Source: Raja brachyura (Eukaryota). Taken from it: a DNA stretch of 64,000 nt. The translations under genes were made by a program, and so were the position numbers. Of this stretch, positions 1 to 13,665 are shown piece after piece. The DNA is taken from positions 19,530,001 through 19,594,000 of the forward strand of contig OY740812.1 of the NCBI GenBank assembly GCA_963514005.1. Reading direction: 5' to 3'. Within the stretch, counting starts at the first letter, position 1; each line of letters opens with the position of its first letter. A model generated the notes under the pieces. The model made no database searches. It was not told the origin of the DNA and saw only the letters and a program-made list of their open reading frames with translations.

Positions 1-329
1 AGAGAATTAGATACACTTAAAACAAGAAGAAAAAAATACAACAGACATCATCATGGACAGATGCCGTAATTAATCAAAAGCCACATCAAGTGGTGAACAG
101 TTTATGATTGTCGGATCCCTTCCTTTCTCTTCCTTTATGTACTGCTTATAGTTATGCTGAAGTTTGGGCAGATTCTGATCCATTTATTGTTCATTACAAC
201 TTTCACAGTAAAACAGCACGGAAACCAGCCCTGCAACCCAACATCTATGGTGACCAAATTGACATTGGGCCGGGCATAGAATTGACCAACTTTTACAGAT
301 ACATTGGTGAAAACATAATATCGGGATGC

Positions 330-760
330 ATTTCAGCTTGGATGGCAACAAATTTGCCAAACACCACAAGAAATTGCAGGGCGTTTTTGATGTAGCCAAG
401 CCCATTTCACAAACCAGTCTCCCTTTGCCCCCCCCACACCCCCCTAAAATCAACTTCATCTACACCTCACACTGCCTTGGGAAAGTAGCCAACATAATCA
501 AGACCTCTTCTCTCCTCTCCCATCAGGCAGAAGATACAAAAGGATGCATGTTCCATCAGATTCAAGAAAAGCTTTCATGCTGTTATCAGACTACTTACTG
601 AATGGTCCTCCCAATTTTCTGACCCAACCCATTGTGGATCGTACACTTTTTAAAAGTTAAACTGCACTTTGTGACTGTAAATTTGTAAATGGTGTAAATT
701 TGGATAGCATGTCAACATAACTTTTTAATATAGCTATAGGTCATGTGATAATAATAAACA
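330..760 (+). mobile_element. Degraded 3' fragment of an L2/Rex-Babar-like LINE
   Basis: Resembles the 31730-32335 LINE end (ccatc-ggcagaag-taca motif) and ends in gataataataaac. Confidence 0.5.
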
Positions 761-858
761 ATACAACCATGTTGCATCATCCTATACATTTATCTTTTGT
801 CATATTATCATGGTAACAGATCCATATTTGTCTGACAAATAATATCTATAATGAGGAA

Positions 859-1082
859 AGACACAAAATGCTGGATTAACTCAGCAGGTCAGGCAGTATC
901 CCTGGAGAACATGGTTAGATGATATTTTGGGTAGAGACGCTTCTAACCTTATTGAAACAAGTGCTTTATTCATACATTGTAAATACATCAGTCTGAAGAA
1001 GGGTCTCGACCCGAAACGTCACCCATTCCTTCTCTCCAGATGCTGCCTGTCCCGCTGAGTTACTCCAGCATTTTGTGTCTAC
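859..1082. repeat. Inverted pair of PLE-derived pLTR-like repeats just downstream of the 1141 donor
   Basis: gacacaaaatgctgga..aactcagc at 860 is the reverse complement of gctgagttactccagcattttgtgtc ending at 1079. Confidence 0.85.
993..1020 (+). ncRNA. Minimal type-I hammerhead ribozyme core within a PLE-derived repeat (activity unproven)
   Basis: CTGAAGA-A-GGGT(CTCG)ACCC-GAAA-CG-TC gives the CUGANGA and GAAA boxes, a 4-bp stem II, palindromic ACGT stem III and a GUC triplet. Stem I is only about 2 bp. Confidence 0.55.
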
Positions 1083-1140
1083 CATTGTAGATTTAATATC
1101 TGAAATGCTGTCCCTTCAAAGTATAACGCCTTCTTCTCAC

Positions 1141-1355
1141 CTTAAGTTGTAGCTGTTGCTGGTACTGTTTCTGTTTCTCCAAAAACTGCTGGTGTTGTTG
1201 CTGCATCACCAGCTGCTGTAGGGCCTGTGGACTCTGGGGTAGAGGAGCCGACTGGGTACGACTGAGTGGCCGGTGTCGAGGCAACTTGTTCACCGTTCGG
1301 AGACTGGTGGAAACCCTCTCACCTGTTACCAGTGGCGACTGAGCATGCAGGGGAA
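1141..1355 (-). CDS. HDAC5: HDAC5 coding exon (V)[71 protein letters not shown]; gene continues beyond the left edge
   Basis: Contains the second 14-3-3 site (human S498 equivalent, RTQSAP). Acceptor tcttag, donor AAG|GTGAGA; 215 nt, phase 1 to 0. Confidence 0.96.
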
Positions 1356-1466
1356 CTAAGATAAATGACAGGAATATTGTCGTTATTCTTAAAGCAACAT
1401 TATTTTAAATTTGAACATTCTTCATGACCAATTTGTAATTTATCACAAAGCTTTACATGCTGACAG

Positions 1467-1632
1467 TTTAGTCTCAAAATACAGCGTGGAAACAGGCTCT
1501 TCGTCCCACACCAACCAGCGATCCCCATACACTCGCACTATCCTACACATGAGGGACAATTTTCAACAGGATCGAACCCGGGTCTCTGGCGTTGTAAGAC
1601 AGCAACTCTACCGCTGCGCCACCATGCTGCCC
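1467..1632 (-). mobile_element. tRNA-derived SINE with CR1-type tail (HE1/V-SINE-like), internally deleted
   Basis: The minus strand begins GGGCAGCATGGTGGCGCAGCGGTAGAG (A box) and has GGTTCGATCC (B box); same family as the 17.4, 51.1 and 61.1 kb copies. Confidence 0.8.
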
Positions 1633-4292
1633 TAATGTTTAGCTTTAGTACAGAATCAATACTTTACAATGGTCATAATGACAAAGCAGCACCCTAAAAT
1701 ATGATCAATTAATCTCTTCAATTTACATTTGTGTAAAATATTAATAATTGTACTTTCAGGTACAAGGTGCTCAACTTCAGAAAGTATATTATCATGAGGA
1801 AATTTGTTGAGCAGTTACAATATCACCTGCAGGAGCAATCCTCATTTCAATAAAGCCCAAATGCTGCCGGATCACTGAAATGTTATTTATATCATGTGTA
1901 TTTGTTTCTAATAGTCCCGCAGGTCTGTGATGTTAAAACATGGAAGATGAAATGGAATGTTTTATCAAGTAGATGCCACTTTCCAACAGCAAATTGTTTC
2001 TTTAATAATATATTGGAATTTATAACATTTGGTTATCATTTTTCCTTGCACCTTTTTATTTGTATAGAAATAATAGTACAGAAGCACAAATTTTAAACGC
2101 AAGCTTCAATGTTCCATTAACATGGCGTATGTAATTTTCATTAATGTAGGATAGGAGATGGCTAAAAGGTTGCTTTAGATTTTCCAAATCATTTCATAAT
2201 ACCTTGGTGGAATGCATGACTGAATTGGGCAGGAACTTGCTGGGAAATGCTGGTAGGCCCACAGCGATATTCCAGCAGATTCTTAGCTGCATCTAATCTC
2301 AAGACTCCAGAAGGAGCTCAGCAATTGAGCCTAAATTTACTGATCAGTGATGCTGAGGTATCTGCCCAATGAACCTACGCCAGGTTAAGAGTTGCACAAG
2401 AAAAGCAAGCCTGTAATTTAGAATGAAGTTCAGCTACAAGGAGAAAGATAATTTACAACGTTTTAATGATGTTTGATTTTAATTATTTATTATTTTCATT
2501 ATTTTAAAATGCTCTAAGTATTTTTGAACAATTTGATTTTCGATCAAATTATTAAACAGAACTGCTTAATTGTTCTTTAAAAGATTTTGAGTGCTTCTAA
2601 ATGACGGGGACGTTTTCAAAGCCTCGGAAAATTAAAAAAAGCAGCAGATGCTGGAAATCTGAAAAGAAAACATAAAATGTTGGATAATGTTAGAGTTGAC
2701 ATTTCAGATTGAAGACCCTTAACATTGTCCCTCTTTCTGCAGATGCTGTCTTACCTGCTGAGTGTTTAAAACCCCTACCACCCCAAAGTCCTTGTTAGTT
2801 TTGCAAAGGCCAAAACTTTTTTCATGACTTTACCAATTATTATTTTTTGGTTTATGCAAGAGCTTCATTTGGCTCAAGGTGGTGCTGCTGTGCAGGCCTT
2901 TATCATGGGGTATCCAATGCTTACTCACGAACAGATCAATAGTATACAACATTCCACAAAGAGTACAACATTTCTGCATATGTCAATAGTAAATGTTAAA
3001 ATAACAAGATTTCAACCAGAGACGAGGCAAGAGTTCAGATTACAATAACATTTGGTTGTGTTATCGTCATGAAAGCCCTCATAGATGAAAATAGATATGA
3101 AACAATTAAATGGCCTGAATCAACAATGTCTAAAAAAAAGTAAGATTTATTTATTTCAAATGCCTTCAGGTAGGATGACATATACTCAGTTTTCACTATA
3201 CCGGTAACAGATAATGCCTTACTAGTTCTAAGCAAGAGCATTTGAGCTGGTTCCAATCTTTCACTCTTCTTAGTCATATATTTTTTCTACTCCTTTGAAT
3301 GTCATATTTGAATTTACCTCCGCCACTAGCCCCGGCAAAGAGGTCCAAACCCTCACCACTCATTGCCTTAAAGGGGCTTCATCACAACTCTTGCTTCTTT
3401 GGCCAAATAGCTTCTTTTTATGCCCTCTGTTTCTTAATCATTCCATTAATAGGACCAGTTTCGCTCTATTAAGCTGTCAAGGCACTTCACCAGTTTAAAC
3501 ACTTTCATCAGATTCTCGCTCATCTTTCTCTGTTCTGAAGAGATTCAGTTTCTGCTGCCTCTCATCTCTGGCAATATTCTTCATGTCCTATTTCTCCACA
3601 TCTTTCCAAAATTGTGCTACCTAGAGCCGGACACATTACTCGATTGGTAGCCAAACTAGTGTATTATAATGGTTCATCAAGGCAGGAAAATGGGGTTAGG
3701 AGGGAGAGATAGATCAGCCATGATTGAATGGCAGAGTAGACGATGGGCCGAATGGCCTAATTCTGCTCTTATTACTTATGACCTTATGAGGTCCTAAAAA
3801 AACTGTTCATTATTACACTTCTTCAGGCTGATTGTGCTCTACAATCCGTCTGAAGAAGGGTCCTGACCTGAAACATCACCTGTTGCTTCCCTCCACAGAT
3901 GCTGCCTGACCCGCTGAGTTCCTCCAGCACTTTGTTTTGCTCAAGATTCTAGTATCTGCAGTTGCTTGTTTTTCCTGTGTTGATATTCCTGTTTCCACTT
4001 TGCCATTTTTTTTGAGCAATATAAATACATCCCCCTTTTAGAACAATGAAATAAAGGTGTTAATACAAGACTTGATAATAAATACTCATCAACTTTCCAT
4101 GTGAAATCAATTCTTCAACCCACAGGTTATCAGAGTATTCCCCCTTGCTTTCATTTTTGATTTTTGCACACTCTTAACAAAAAAGGCTTGCAGCTGTTAT
4201 ATTGATCAAGTATCTAAGCAGCATTATCAGCTTTGGATTCATTTCTTCATAGCTCTTATATTGCAATAACATTTTCAAATATAACTATTCAC

Positions 4293-4515
4293 CAGCTATT
4301 AACGCATTCTGTTGCCGAGCCTGTTCCAGTAGCAGCACATGTTGTAGAAGGGACGGGTGACTGTGAGTATTGGATTCTCCTTCAATTGCTGTTGCAGGCA
4401 AACAGGATGGTAGTGAAGTAGTACTCATGAACTTCCCTGTTAAGGCACCGCCCTGACGCAAAGACTGAATAGCTTGTCGCTCTGCTTCTTGTTGTGCTGA
4501 CATCTTTTGTGAGGG
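4293..4515 (-). CDS. HDAC5: HDAC5 coding exon PSQKMSAQQEAERQAIQSLRQGGALTGKFMSTTSLP...SLLQHVLLLEQARQQNALIA
   Basis: QQEAERQAxQSLRQGGxLTGKFMST is diagnostic of HDAC5 rather than HDAC4/7/9. Acceptor ttatag, donor G|GTGAAT; 223 nt, phase 0 to 1. Confidence 0.96.
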
Positions 4516-5545
4516 CTATAATTAGAAAGAACAATTGACATGAACAAAACAAAAACAAATGCTTATATCTGAATAGAATGCGTTTCCACTTATTCTACCA
4601 ACGAATTGAAAGAACTGTCCATTGCATTCAGCTTTGTGTACAGGAAGAAACAAAATGAATGAAGAACACAAAAGTACAGACCAGGGCAAAAACTTGCAAA
4701 TAAGAAACAAAATGGGAGCGCCATTAAAATACCAACGGGTCATTTCTTTTTTTATTATTTAATCGCAGCCACATTAACACTCAGTATACAGAGTCCACCA
4801 GCAGAAGAATGCCACAAACTGGGCTGAGCTTATGCAAAAACATCAGCAACAGAGGGAGCTATCACTGTACCCACTGTAGCTTAATTCCTGCCCTGCATAT
4901 GCAGATTTGCTCAATTAAGGCTCTTGAATATGAGCATAAGTCTTGCAAATACATTTTGAATACAAAGGGAAACACCTTTAAATGTCATATAGTTTATGGC
5001 AATGGAATACGAGAAAGTTGTTTTGGTTTTCAACTGTTCACGATTACATACATTAATGGGATGAGCCGACATACGAGTTTATGGCTTGTTGGACTAGCTC
5101 TAATTCTGCAGAGGTTAACAGCAGCCTTTCGAAACCATAACAACTGTAACATAAAACATTACGACCTTAAATTTTATTTCCAGCAGCCAGTGGTTCTAAG
5201 TGCATTATTTAATCATGTCAATGCTTTTTATTCTGTCTCTGAAATATATTTCAATGACTCTAATGGAATGGAATATGAAACAGAGTACAGTGCAACGTCC
5301 TGACTAAAAAGCACATTTAGGATACTCAATAGTATGAATCATTAGGCAGAATCAACAAATCCCAATTTTCTTAATTTTAAGTGTTTTTTTACTATTGATT
5401 AGTTCACTGACATTCATTCACAGCCTATTTTAGGTTCAGCAGTAGCCATTTTATTAAAAAAATAAGACACAGATCAAAATAAATTGGATTTTTATTTAAT
5501 TCGGTTCATTTAAAGAAATGCAATTCATAAAAAATGTCTACTTAC

Positions 5546-5680
5546 ATTAATCTGTGAGTTGGATGCTGTGACTGTAGCTGGGAGCCCCAGGGAAATGTTA
5601 GGCAGAGAAGGGGATGTGTAGAGGCTGAACTGACTCACTGACCCATCAATGTTTACTGCTTTATGATGTGGGTGCATATG
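5546..5680 (-). CDS. HDAC5: HDAC5 coding exon HMHPHHKAVNIDGSVSQFSLYTSPSLPNISLGLPATVTASNSQIN
   Basis: Manual translation; FSLYTSPSLPNISLGL is a conserved class IIa motif. Acceptor ccacag, donor AAT|GTAAGT; 135 nt, phase 0 to 0. Confidence 0.95.
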
Positions 5681-6099
5681 CTGTGGACAGAAACAAAATG
5701 CTGCTGTACATTCATTTTGATCATTAGATAACTTGACCCATTGCTTTTTATTTCTGTACCAGGGATCGATTCTCCCATTTAAAGCACTCAGCTACAACAT
5801 GATACAGTATATTCCACTGCACTCAGAAAATTGAACTTTTGGAACTCATGAAATTGTTTGGAAAGATAAGACCTTCGCAATGCATGTCCAACTCCTAATT
5901 TAATTATTCGTTTGGTTGGAGCATTGATAGCAACAGGTATTCATTAAATACACAAAGTGAACACCCTGTTAGAGAGCAAACTGCGTTTGTGAATTATCTT
6001 ACGATTTGCAGTCCAATAAGACTTGTCAGTTTGAATATTTAACAGAAATAATTGATTCAAGTCACGTTATAATTTTTCATATTGGTACAAGCACCACGT

Positions 6100-6342
6100 A
6101 AGTTTACACCCCAGCGGTATGAACATTGATCTCCAGTTTCAGATGGTCCTTGCTTTCTCCCTCAGCTTTCCCACAGCCTACTGTCTCCGCCTCTTCCTTT
6201 CTTTTTCCAGCCCCCCCCTCCCCCCACATCAGTCTGAAGAAGGGTCTCGAGCCGAAATGTCGCCTATTCCTTCGCTCCATAGATGCTGCCTCACCCACTG
6301 AGTTTCTCCAGCATTTATGTCTACCTTCGATTTTTCCAGAAG
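6100..6342 (+). mobile_element. Penelope-like element 3' fragment (end of GIY-YIG ORF, pyrimidine tract, pLTR with degenerate hammerhead)
   Basis: Starts with LHPSGMNID coding sequence, near-identical to 57278-57548, and ends in the ctgaagaagggtctcga..gaaa..ctccagca repeat. Confidence 0.8.
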
Positions 6343-6762
6343 TACCACATGTATTTTTTGAATATAACCCCTCTAAAACTTAAAACACGCAACATTCCTC
6401 GCATATATTATTATTTTCAAAGTAAATTAAATTTAGAACTTGGGTTTTATTATTGGAAACAAATTCATGATGGAATTCTTGGTGCTAAGAACAGTGGTAT
6501 GCAATCTCCAATATGGATAACACTGCAAATGATACTTTGGCATTTGCTTTCAAGAAATTACTGTATATATAATTATTTTCAAAGTAAACTATATCTACAA
6601 CTTGGATGTGATTATTGAAAGCAAATATTGTTGATTCAATGTCTACATTCTGAATAGCTAAAGATTAGATGTCTTAGTGGTCTATGATGTAATATGCAGC
6701 TCAATTTATCTGAAAGGGCATATGTTTAGTAACTGGTTGACTAATTACTCCCCATATTAATA

Positions 6763-7653
6763 CAGTAAACCCTCATTATAACGGATTGTGCGCTATAACC
6801 GGATAAGGTATTATCATTGTATGTAGTTTAAATAAAGAACTGCAGATGATGTTTAATACACAAAAGGACAGAGTGCATTCTGCTCAGCGGGTCAGGAAGA
6901 ATCTCTGAGGAACATGGATAGGTGATATCCGGACCTTTATTAAGACTGATTCAGTCTGTTGAGTTACTCCAGCACTTTATGTTGATTCACCTTAAAACTA
7001 GGCGCTGATGCTGCTTGTCTGCACCAGCAAGCACTTCTTCACTAGCTGACGCGGGGTTCAGTTGTTGTGGCTCGCGTTGTAGTCCCTGGCTGGCAATGCT
7101 TTCTTTAGGTCGCTGTCAACAACAGGACATGCTTGGTCACCGTGGGGCTCCCTCCCCTCTCACCAGCAACCTTCACTTTGTCCGCTCCCGCTCCACTCCT
7201 CCTTCTGCCCTGCAGTCGCCGACATCTTCCAAGATGGAGTATGTCGGGGCAACTCCAGGGGAGGGGAAGGCAGCAGTGAAGGAGGTGTCAGACAGAGGCA
7301 GAGTGGATTCGGCAACGGGAGAATGAGAAGGCACCAGTGGAGGAGTGGTGGTGTGGTCAAAGTGTAGGAAGATGCTGCAGCTAGTGAGAGGGGTGACCGA
7401 ATGCTTCCTGTCGGCGGTGGCGGCCTAAAGAAAGTGCTGTCGACCAAGGTATACAATGTGAGCTGCAACAACAGCCCTGTCATCGGGACTGTGTGGTGGG
7501 TGAAGATGGGTTCGCCGACGAGCCAGGGATGGCATTGGAAACAGTGGCTGCAATTTGAGGGGGAGGGGGTGCAAGTTGGCAGTTGCGTCGGACAGTCCGT
7601 CCGCTATAACCGAAATCCATTATAAAGGCGTCTGTTAAAACAAGGGTTTCCTA
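6763..7653. mobile_element. Non-autonomous Tc1/mariner-superfamily (Tigger/pogo-like) element with a PLE piece inside
   Basis: TA|CAGTAAACCCTCATTATAACGG at left and CTGTTAAAACAAGGGTTTCCTA|TA at right form an imperfect TIR with TA TSD; cgctataaccg recurs subterminally. Confidence 0.65.
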
Positions 7654-10159
7654 TACATCTAAAAAACAGTAGCTAACCTAAAAATAATTTCTATGTGTAG
7701 CATGGGCAGTGAAACCTTCCTGCTGCTTGGAGTTACTGCTGAATTCTGTACGATGAGCTGTACCGTTATAACTCAAAAGAAAACATGAATCCTAAATGTA
7801 GCTAACACCAAAAAAAGAAAATACTGGAAGCAATTGGCAAGTCACATAGCATCAGTAGGGAGAAAAACAGAGTCAAACACCCTTCTTCTGAACAAATATG
7901 TCCAACTCTACCAGAAATAAACGTAGATAGTATTTGGTTTTGTCGTTAGATTCATTGGTTATTTCTTTACAATGAGCATTAGTCAAACATCAATATTTCA
8001 ATCTCAAACTTTGTTCAAATTCTCTTATCTCTATGAAGCTTCGATTATTTGCCGGAATGATGCAGGGATTGGAGTACTGCACAAATGTTTTAATGTTTCA
8101 TGTTTATCTCCAAAATGTGACAAATTAAAAGGGAAGCCAAAATATTGATGTGCTATATGAGCACTGTGAAGTAATATCTGATAAATCTGAAGTGCTGGAG
8201 TAACTCAGCATCTGTGGAAGGAATGGATAGTTGATATTTTGGGTCAGGGCCCTTCTTCAGACCTGAAACATCACCTCTCCATTCTCTCCGCAGTTTCTGC
8301 CTGAGCACTGTGCCCCTCCAGCATTGTGTGTTTTTCTTCAGTTTCCAGCAAATACAGTTCCTTGCGTCTTCAATAAATCTAACTGCTGAGACAAATTAAT
8401 CATTATGCACTACTCTGTCAGGTATCCCAGAATAGTAGGATACATTCATGTTGCAAATGCTCATACTTTTTATGTCACAGATAAGTTGCTTATAATGTTT
8501 GCCTGCAACGATGTGACAGGCAGTGAATTGTTTAGGGTTTTTTCCTACCACTATTTACATTTGGCTTCCCTGTGCTCCTGCCAAACAGTGTAGGGGCGCT
8601 CAATGTCAACAATGATTCTCAATCACTGTTTAGAGTTAAGTCCAATACTGACCCAATTTGAAGAGATTATCAACATTGACAATATTTTCAAACTGAAAAA
8701 TACTGAAAAAGCTTCGCAAAACAATACACCAATGTATAACTTTTCACTTAGTACTTTGGTAGAAGAGCTTGTGGCCCAATGAGGCAACAAAGGTGGATGA
8801 TTGGAGGAATTTCCATATATTAATCTACTGCAGAACTCCAGAACCACGATTATGCTAGTCACAAATCACAGTTCAGCTTTTTAATCTCATCAGTATTCTT
8901 TATCACAGAGCAATGAAGCTAACCTCCACAAAATGTTGTCACAACATTATTTTTTCCTAAATCACTACTCAATTCCATGCAGGAGAAAAAAAAATCTTTA
9001 GAAACACTAAATGACAAGCCTCGACACAAAATCGTTCTTCTTGATACGAGGTATGAGTCATTCTTAGTCACAGTGCTTGACATTTCAGACAACTTCCGTC
9101 ATTTTATAAATGTTTGCTCTCTGCAGCAGCTTCAAGGAGAAATTATTTGTAAATGCAGCCCCAAAATAATTAAGCTGAACAGTGTGAGCTCAAAGATAAA
9201 GGTGGGAAGATGGAGGTAGACAAAATCTGTTTATCTGTATATTCTTACACGTTACTGGATACTTCAGCTGTTAAAATATTAATAAAATACCAATATACCA
9301 GCTGACACAATCTCTACCAAAAATATATAATTCATTTAAATCAAAAATATCTGAAATCCACATATTTGAAGAGTAACACTAAAAACAAATTTTACTGAAA
9401 GTTGCACAATATTAAAAAAAAGAGACAGAAGATTACTCAGCTAATTTTGCTATATTTAATATTCTCTCTAAAAATTCCAAATTTGTGTGATGTGGTGTGC
9501 ACCTCCATGTAAATCAAACTGCAGAGGAGGAACAATACATCACACGAATATTAAATATCTACCTTTGTATAGTGGTTCGCACACTCCCAAATTTAGCCCA
9601 ACTGGTAAAGGACAACTATGAAATAATATTAGTTCAATGCCAAGCTAGATTATATTGGACACTATCCCAAAAGAGTAAAGATCACTGTAAAAACTGAAAA
9701 TCTACATTGATTCAATTGATATGGAGTGAAGTACACTGGTAAACTAGAATGGAGAGTTTTAGTTTTAACTGCTCACATTCTGAATATTTGGAAGGGAGAG
9801 GAATTAAATTACCTACAATAAACTACAAAAGAGCATAATCTTTTGAATAATTCAGTTTACAAAAATTATTACAGATAAATCCCATTACTGTAAAAATCCA
9901 GAGTATTTGCTATTTATAAAATCTCATGGCACTCATTAATCTTAATATGACTACAGCTTTTGAATACTACCACAAAATCAACAAATTACTTGCCATTGGA
10001 GTGTATTTAATGGTAAAACTTAAATTTATGTAATACTTACAAGCCCAAAACTCATATTTACTGCCTGTAGATTTTAACGTAACAGCTTATAAAAAGGCTA
10101 GTTATTATATGCTTGGAAATAACTGGTTTAAAGATTTAATGTTAGGTACAAGCTATTAC

Positions 10160-10272
10160 CTCAGCATGAATATTGGGTACAGAACCGGTTGTTCCGTTCT
10201 CTGCAGGAATATTGTTTGAATTGTTCGGAGAGCTAGGGCCAGACCCAGGAGCACTGTTACAGACTGAGGAAA
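10160..10272 (-). CDS. HDAC5: HDAC5 coding exon (V)SSVCNSAPGSGPSSPNNSNNIPAENGTTGSVPNIHAE
   Basis: Manual translation; SSVCNSAPGSGPSSPN matches HDAC5. Acceptor tttcag, donor GAG|GTAATA; 113 nt, phase 1 to 0. Confidence 0.95.
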
Positions 10273-11689
10273 CTGAAACAATCAAAACAAAGAAACTAGC
10301 ATCAAGGAAACAGCAGTTTCATCAGACTCTGGCTAAATGCTCAAGAACAAAAAGCATAGTTTAATCCCCATTACTCAACACATGCAATATTTAGACATTA
10401 TTTCAAGGGCCAATTTGCTGTTTTTCAATGGAAGGTGTGATACCTTGATTGATTCACCATTGAGCCAGGATTATCCATTTGTGCACTTTCCAACCATTCA
10501 TGGGTGGAAAATTCCACATTAGCCAGCAACGGCAGAAAATTCCATATACAGAATAATAGCATAACTGTTTTTGCAAGAATATATGAAGCAATAAATGTTT
10601 TTCTTCGTTTTATGTAAACTAAGCATAGCATTAAAAAATGGTAACACGGCAGGTAGAACCTCTTTAAATATTCTCTTATAGGCGATAATTTAAAGCATTT
10701 TCTGAGCATGATATCTAGAGCCTGCCTGAAAACTTGTGTGCGAAGAAACATTGCAGTGTTTCTCCCTTTACAGGACATTTGATGGAAAATAGGGAAAAAT
10801 CTTCCATCGCCCAGTTAAATCCTTGAGATAGAACTTTGTCATTGCATGGCTATTCCTATCATGTTGATTATGGGAAGCAAGTCTGCATTGGTTACAATGA
10901 GACTGTTCCAACATCCACAGGATGATTTCACAGGGAACCATAACTGACATTAGCGGAACATTCCAGCAATTACTGAGCCTTGTTCAAGGCTCACATCATT
11001 ACAAATAAAATTCATGTTTTATCAATAAAAGTAAATTATGAAACTTTTCTCTATAAAATAGGGCAAGATATTAGAACAGTATCTATGATGAGATATTAAA
11101 AACTAAAAATAAATGCTGTCTTTGTTAATTAGTCACTATTTAGTACTTAGCATACACCTTTATACAAAAAAAAATGATTGAACTCGACATCAACTGCACC
11201 TCAAACATGTTGATCTTAAAGCTGAACAGAGATTGGACTTCACAGAACCCACCCAGGATTTGTGGAAGGTTTTAGAAGCTTTATAAAATTGAAATGATGT
11301 GGAGAATACGTCACAGTTTTTCTAGCATTTTCTATCAGCACATCCCTTCTATAGTTGCTTGGCATGGTTTTTATATACAAAGATTTAAAAAAGAAGGCTG
11401 GTTCAGTAAAAATGAAATCATTTCTGCACTGTTGTATTTACCTTTTTTTTATAAAACAAAATAAGGAAAGCTGCTAATATGGAGCATGATTTGACTTGAT
11501 GGCTGTCTTTATTTCTTATAGCCGCATACATATATTCATGAGAAATTCATCTCTCAGTTTTTGAAAGGTGGAAGACCAATGGAATATGAAAGTCAGGACT
11601 CATCAGGCAAGGAAGACAAGTGAACTCAGTGAAGTTAATGAGGGTGTCTTGGGGATAGTGGCATTACAGTAAAGATGGTGTTGGCGTCG

Positions 11690-12205
11690 TCCCCTTCCTC
11701 ATTCTCTATCTTGCCCATCGTCTCTCACAACTCGATCCCTCTCTGCCCCTACCTCTCTCTCTCTCTCTCGCTCACTCTCTTATCCTCTTTCTTTTCCTGG
11801 GTACCACCCCTCTATCTCACCCTCTCCAGCCCTCCTTCTCTCGTTCTCCCATGCTGTAACTCTCTCTAACGTCGGTTTCCATACCTTCCACTCTCTCTCT
11901 CGGCACCTCCCTCCAAACTCCCCTTCCCGCACCTGTATCGTTCTTTATGACTTCCCATCTTTATGCCATCTTCACTCTCTATGCTCTCTCTCTTTCTCTG
12001 TCTACAATCCCAACCGTCCTTCCTCTCGATCTCTCACTCTGTCCTCTTTGCGTATGTTATGCCCCCTTCTCTCCAATACCTTCCCCTTTCTCGTGCCTGG
12101 TTCCTCCCTCTCCCGTCTCTCTCTTCTCCTTCCCTCCCTCTCTCTGTTAACCCTTTGTCGACCACCTTTCTCCACTCCTCACTCTCTTTGTCCCTTATTC
12201 TCTGC
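11690..12205. repeat. Polypyrimidine (CT-rich) low-complexity tract
   Basis: About 500 bp dominated by C/T with (CT)n runs. Confidence 0.85.
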
Positions 12206-12239
12206 ATGAAGGTAGATAGATAACTACCTATCTGATAGG

Positions 12240-13665
12240 ATCTGATCAGGTCTATCCAAGAACAAATTGGAAAGCTGGAAGAAATTGTGGCAGCCCTGGC
12301 TGATATGGTGAGTGCCGGAAGACTGGAGGGTGGATAATGTTATGTCTCAATTTAAGAAAGGCAGTAAAGAAAAACATGGGAATGATAGACCAGTCAGTCT
12401 GACACCTGTGACTTGTAGGCTACTGGAAGGGATTCTTGAATAAGATAGATGTATTTGGAAAGATAGGGGTTGATTAGAAATAGTCAGCATGATTTTGTGT
12501 GTGGGAGGTTATTTGTCATAAATTTGATTAGAGGTAGATGTGGGCAGGTTGATAGATGTTTTTTATATAGAGTTCAACAAGACCTTTGAAAAGGTTATGC
12601 ATTGAAGGTTACTCTGAAAGGTTTGATCGCATGGGATCCAGGAAGAGATAACTAATTGGCTTGATGACTGGCAGCAGAGGATAATGTGGAAGGATGTTTT
12701 ATGAATTGGCGTTCCATGACTAGTGATGTGCCTCAGGGATTGGTGATGGGCCCACTGTTGTTTGTCATCTGCATCACTGATTTGGAAGAGGATGTACAAG
12801 GCATGGTTAGTACATTTGTAGATGACACTAAAATAGGCGGTAGTGAAGGTATAGGTAGACAGTGAAGGTTATCAAGAAATGCAGCAGGATCATGATCAGC
12901 TGGGTAAATGGGTTGAGAATGACAAATGAGTTTAATTCAGATTAACGCGAGATGTTGCATTTTGGGATGTAAAATCAGGGCAGGACTTTCATAGTAAATG
13001 GTGGGAGCCTGAGGAGTGTTCTAGAACAGAATGATCTAGGAATACAAGTACATAGTTCCTGAAAGTTGTGTCACAGGTGAACAGGGCAGTGAAGGAAGCT
13101 GTTGGCATGCTGTAAAGGCACTGAGTATAGAATGTAGGAGCTGATGTTGCAGTTAAACAAGACTTTGGTGAGGCTGCACATGGAGTATTGTGTTCGGTTT
13201 TGGCCACCCAGAGAGAGGAAAGATGCCATCAAGCTGGAAAAAAGTGGAACAAAAGATTTATGAGGATGTAACCAGGACTCAAGGGACTGAATTGGGTGTA
13301 TTGGCTGGGATTTTATTTTTTGGAATGTTGGAGACTGAGGAGTTATCTTTAAGAGGTATGTAAAATTATATCCTTTATTTCACAGTTGTGGAATCAAGAA
13401 CTAGAGGGCACAGTTTTAAGTGAGATGGAAAAGATTTAGTAGGAACCCGAGGGGCAGCTTTTTCACAAAGTGGGTGCTAGATACTTGGAATGAGCTGCAA
13501 AATGTAGGGCGATACTATAACAACATTTAACAGATACTTGGATAGGTACGAATAGGAAAGGTTTATATGATGTGGATCAAATGCGGGCAAATGAGACTAG
13601 CAAGATAGGCATTCTGGTTGGCACGAACAAATTGGCTGAAAGACCTCGTTTCCATGCTATATGAG
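12240..13665 (+). mobile_element. CR1 LINE 3' portion (decayed reverse transcriptase and 3' UTR)
   Basis: Degenerate RT motifs readable: RPVSLT, SQHxF, VPQGxVxGPLLF, FVDDTK; C-terminal RTRGH. Confidence 0.85.

Noticed and set aside
1093-1140. Read-through of the 1141 donor ([15 protein letters not shown]) as a MITR-like truncated isoform
   Set aside because: The donor is a strong AAG|GTGAGA, there is no transcript evidence, and short intronic read-through ORFs are expected by chance.
1560-1632. tRNA gene (A and B boxes)
   Set aside because: It is the head of a SINE followed by SINE core and LINE-type tail; no complete cloverleaf.
4809-5303. 164-aa plus-strand ORF
   Set aside because: No recognisable domain, composition typical of AT-rich intron, and antisense within an HDAC5 intron.
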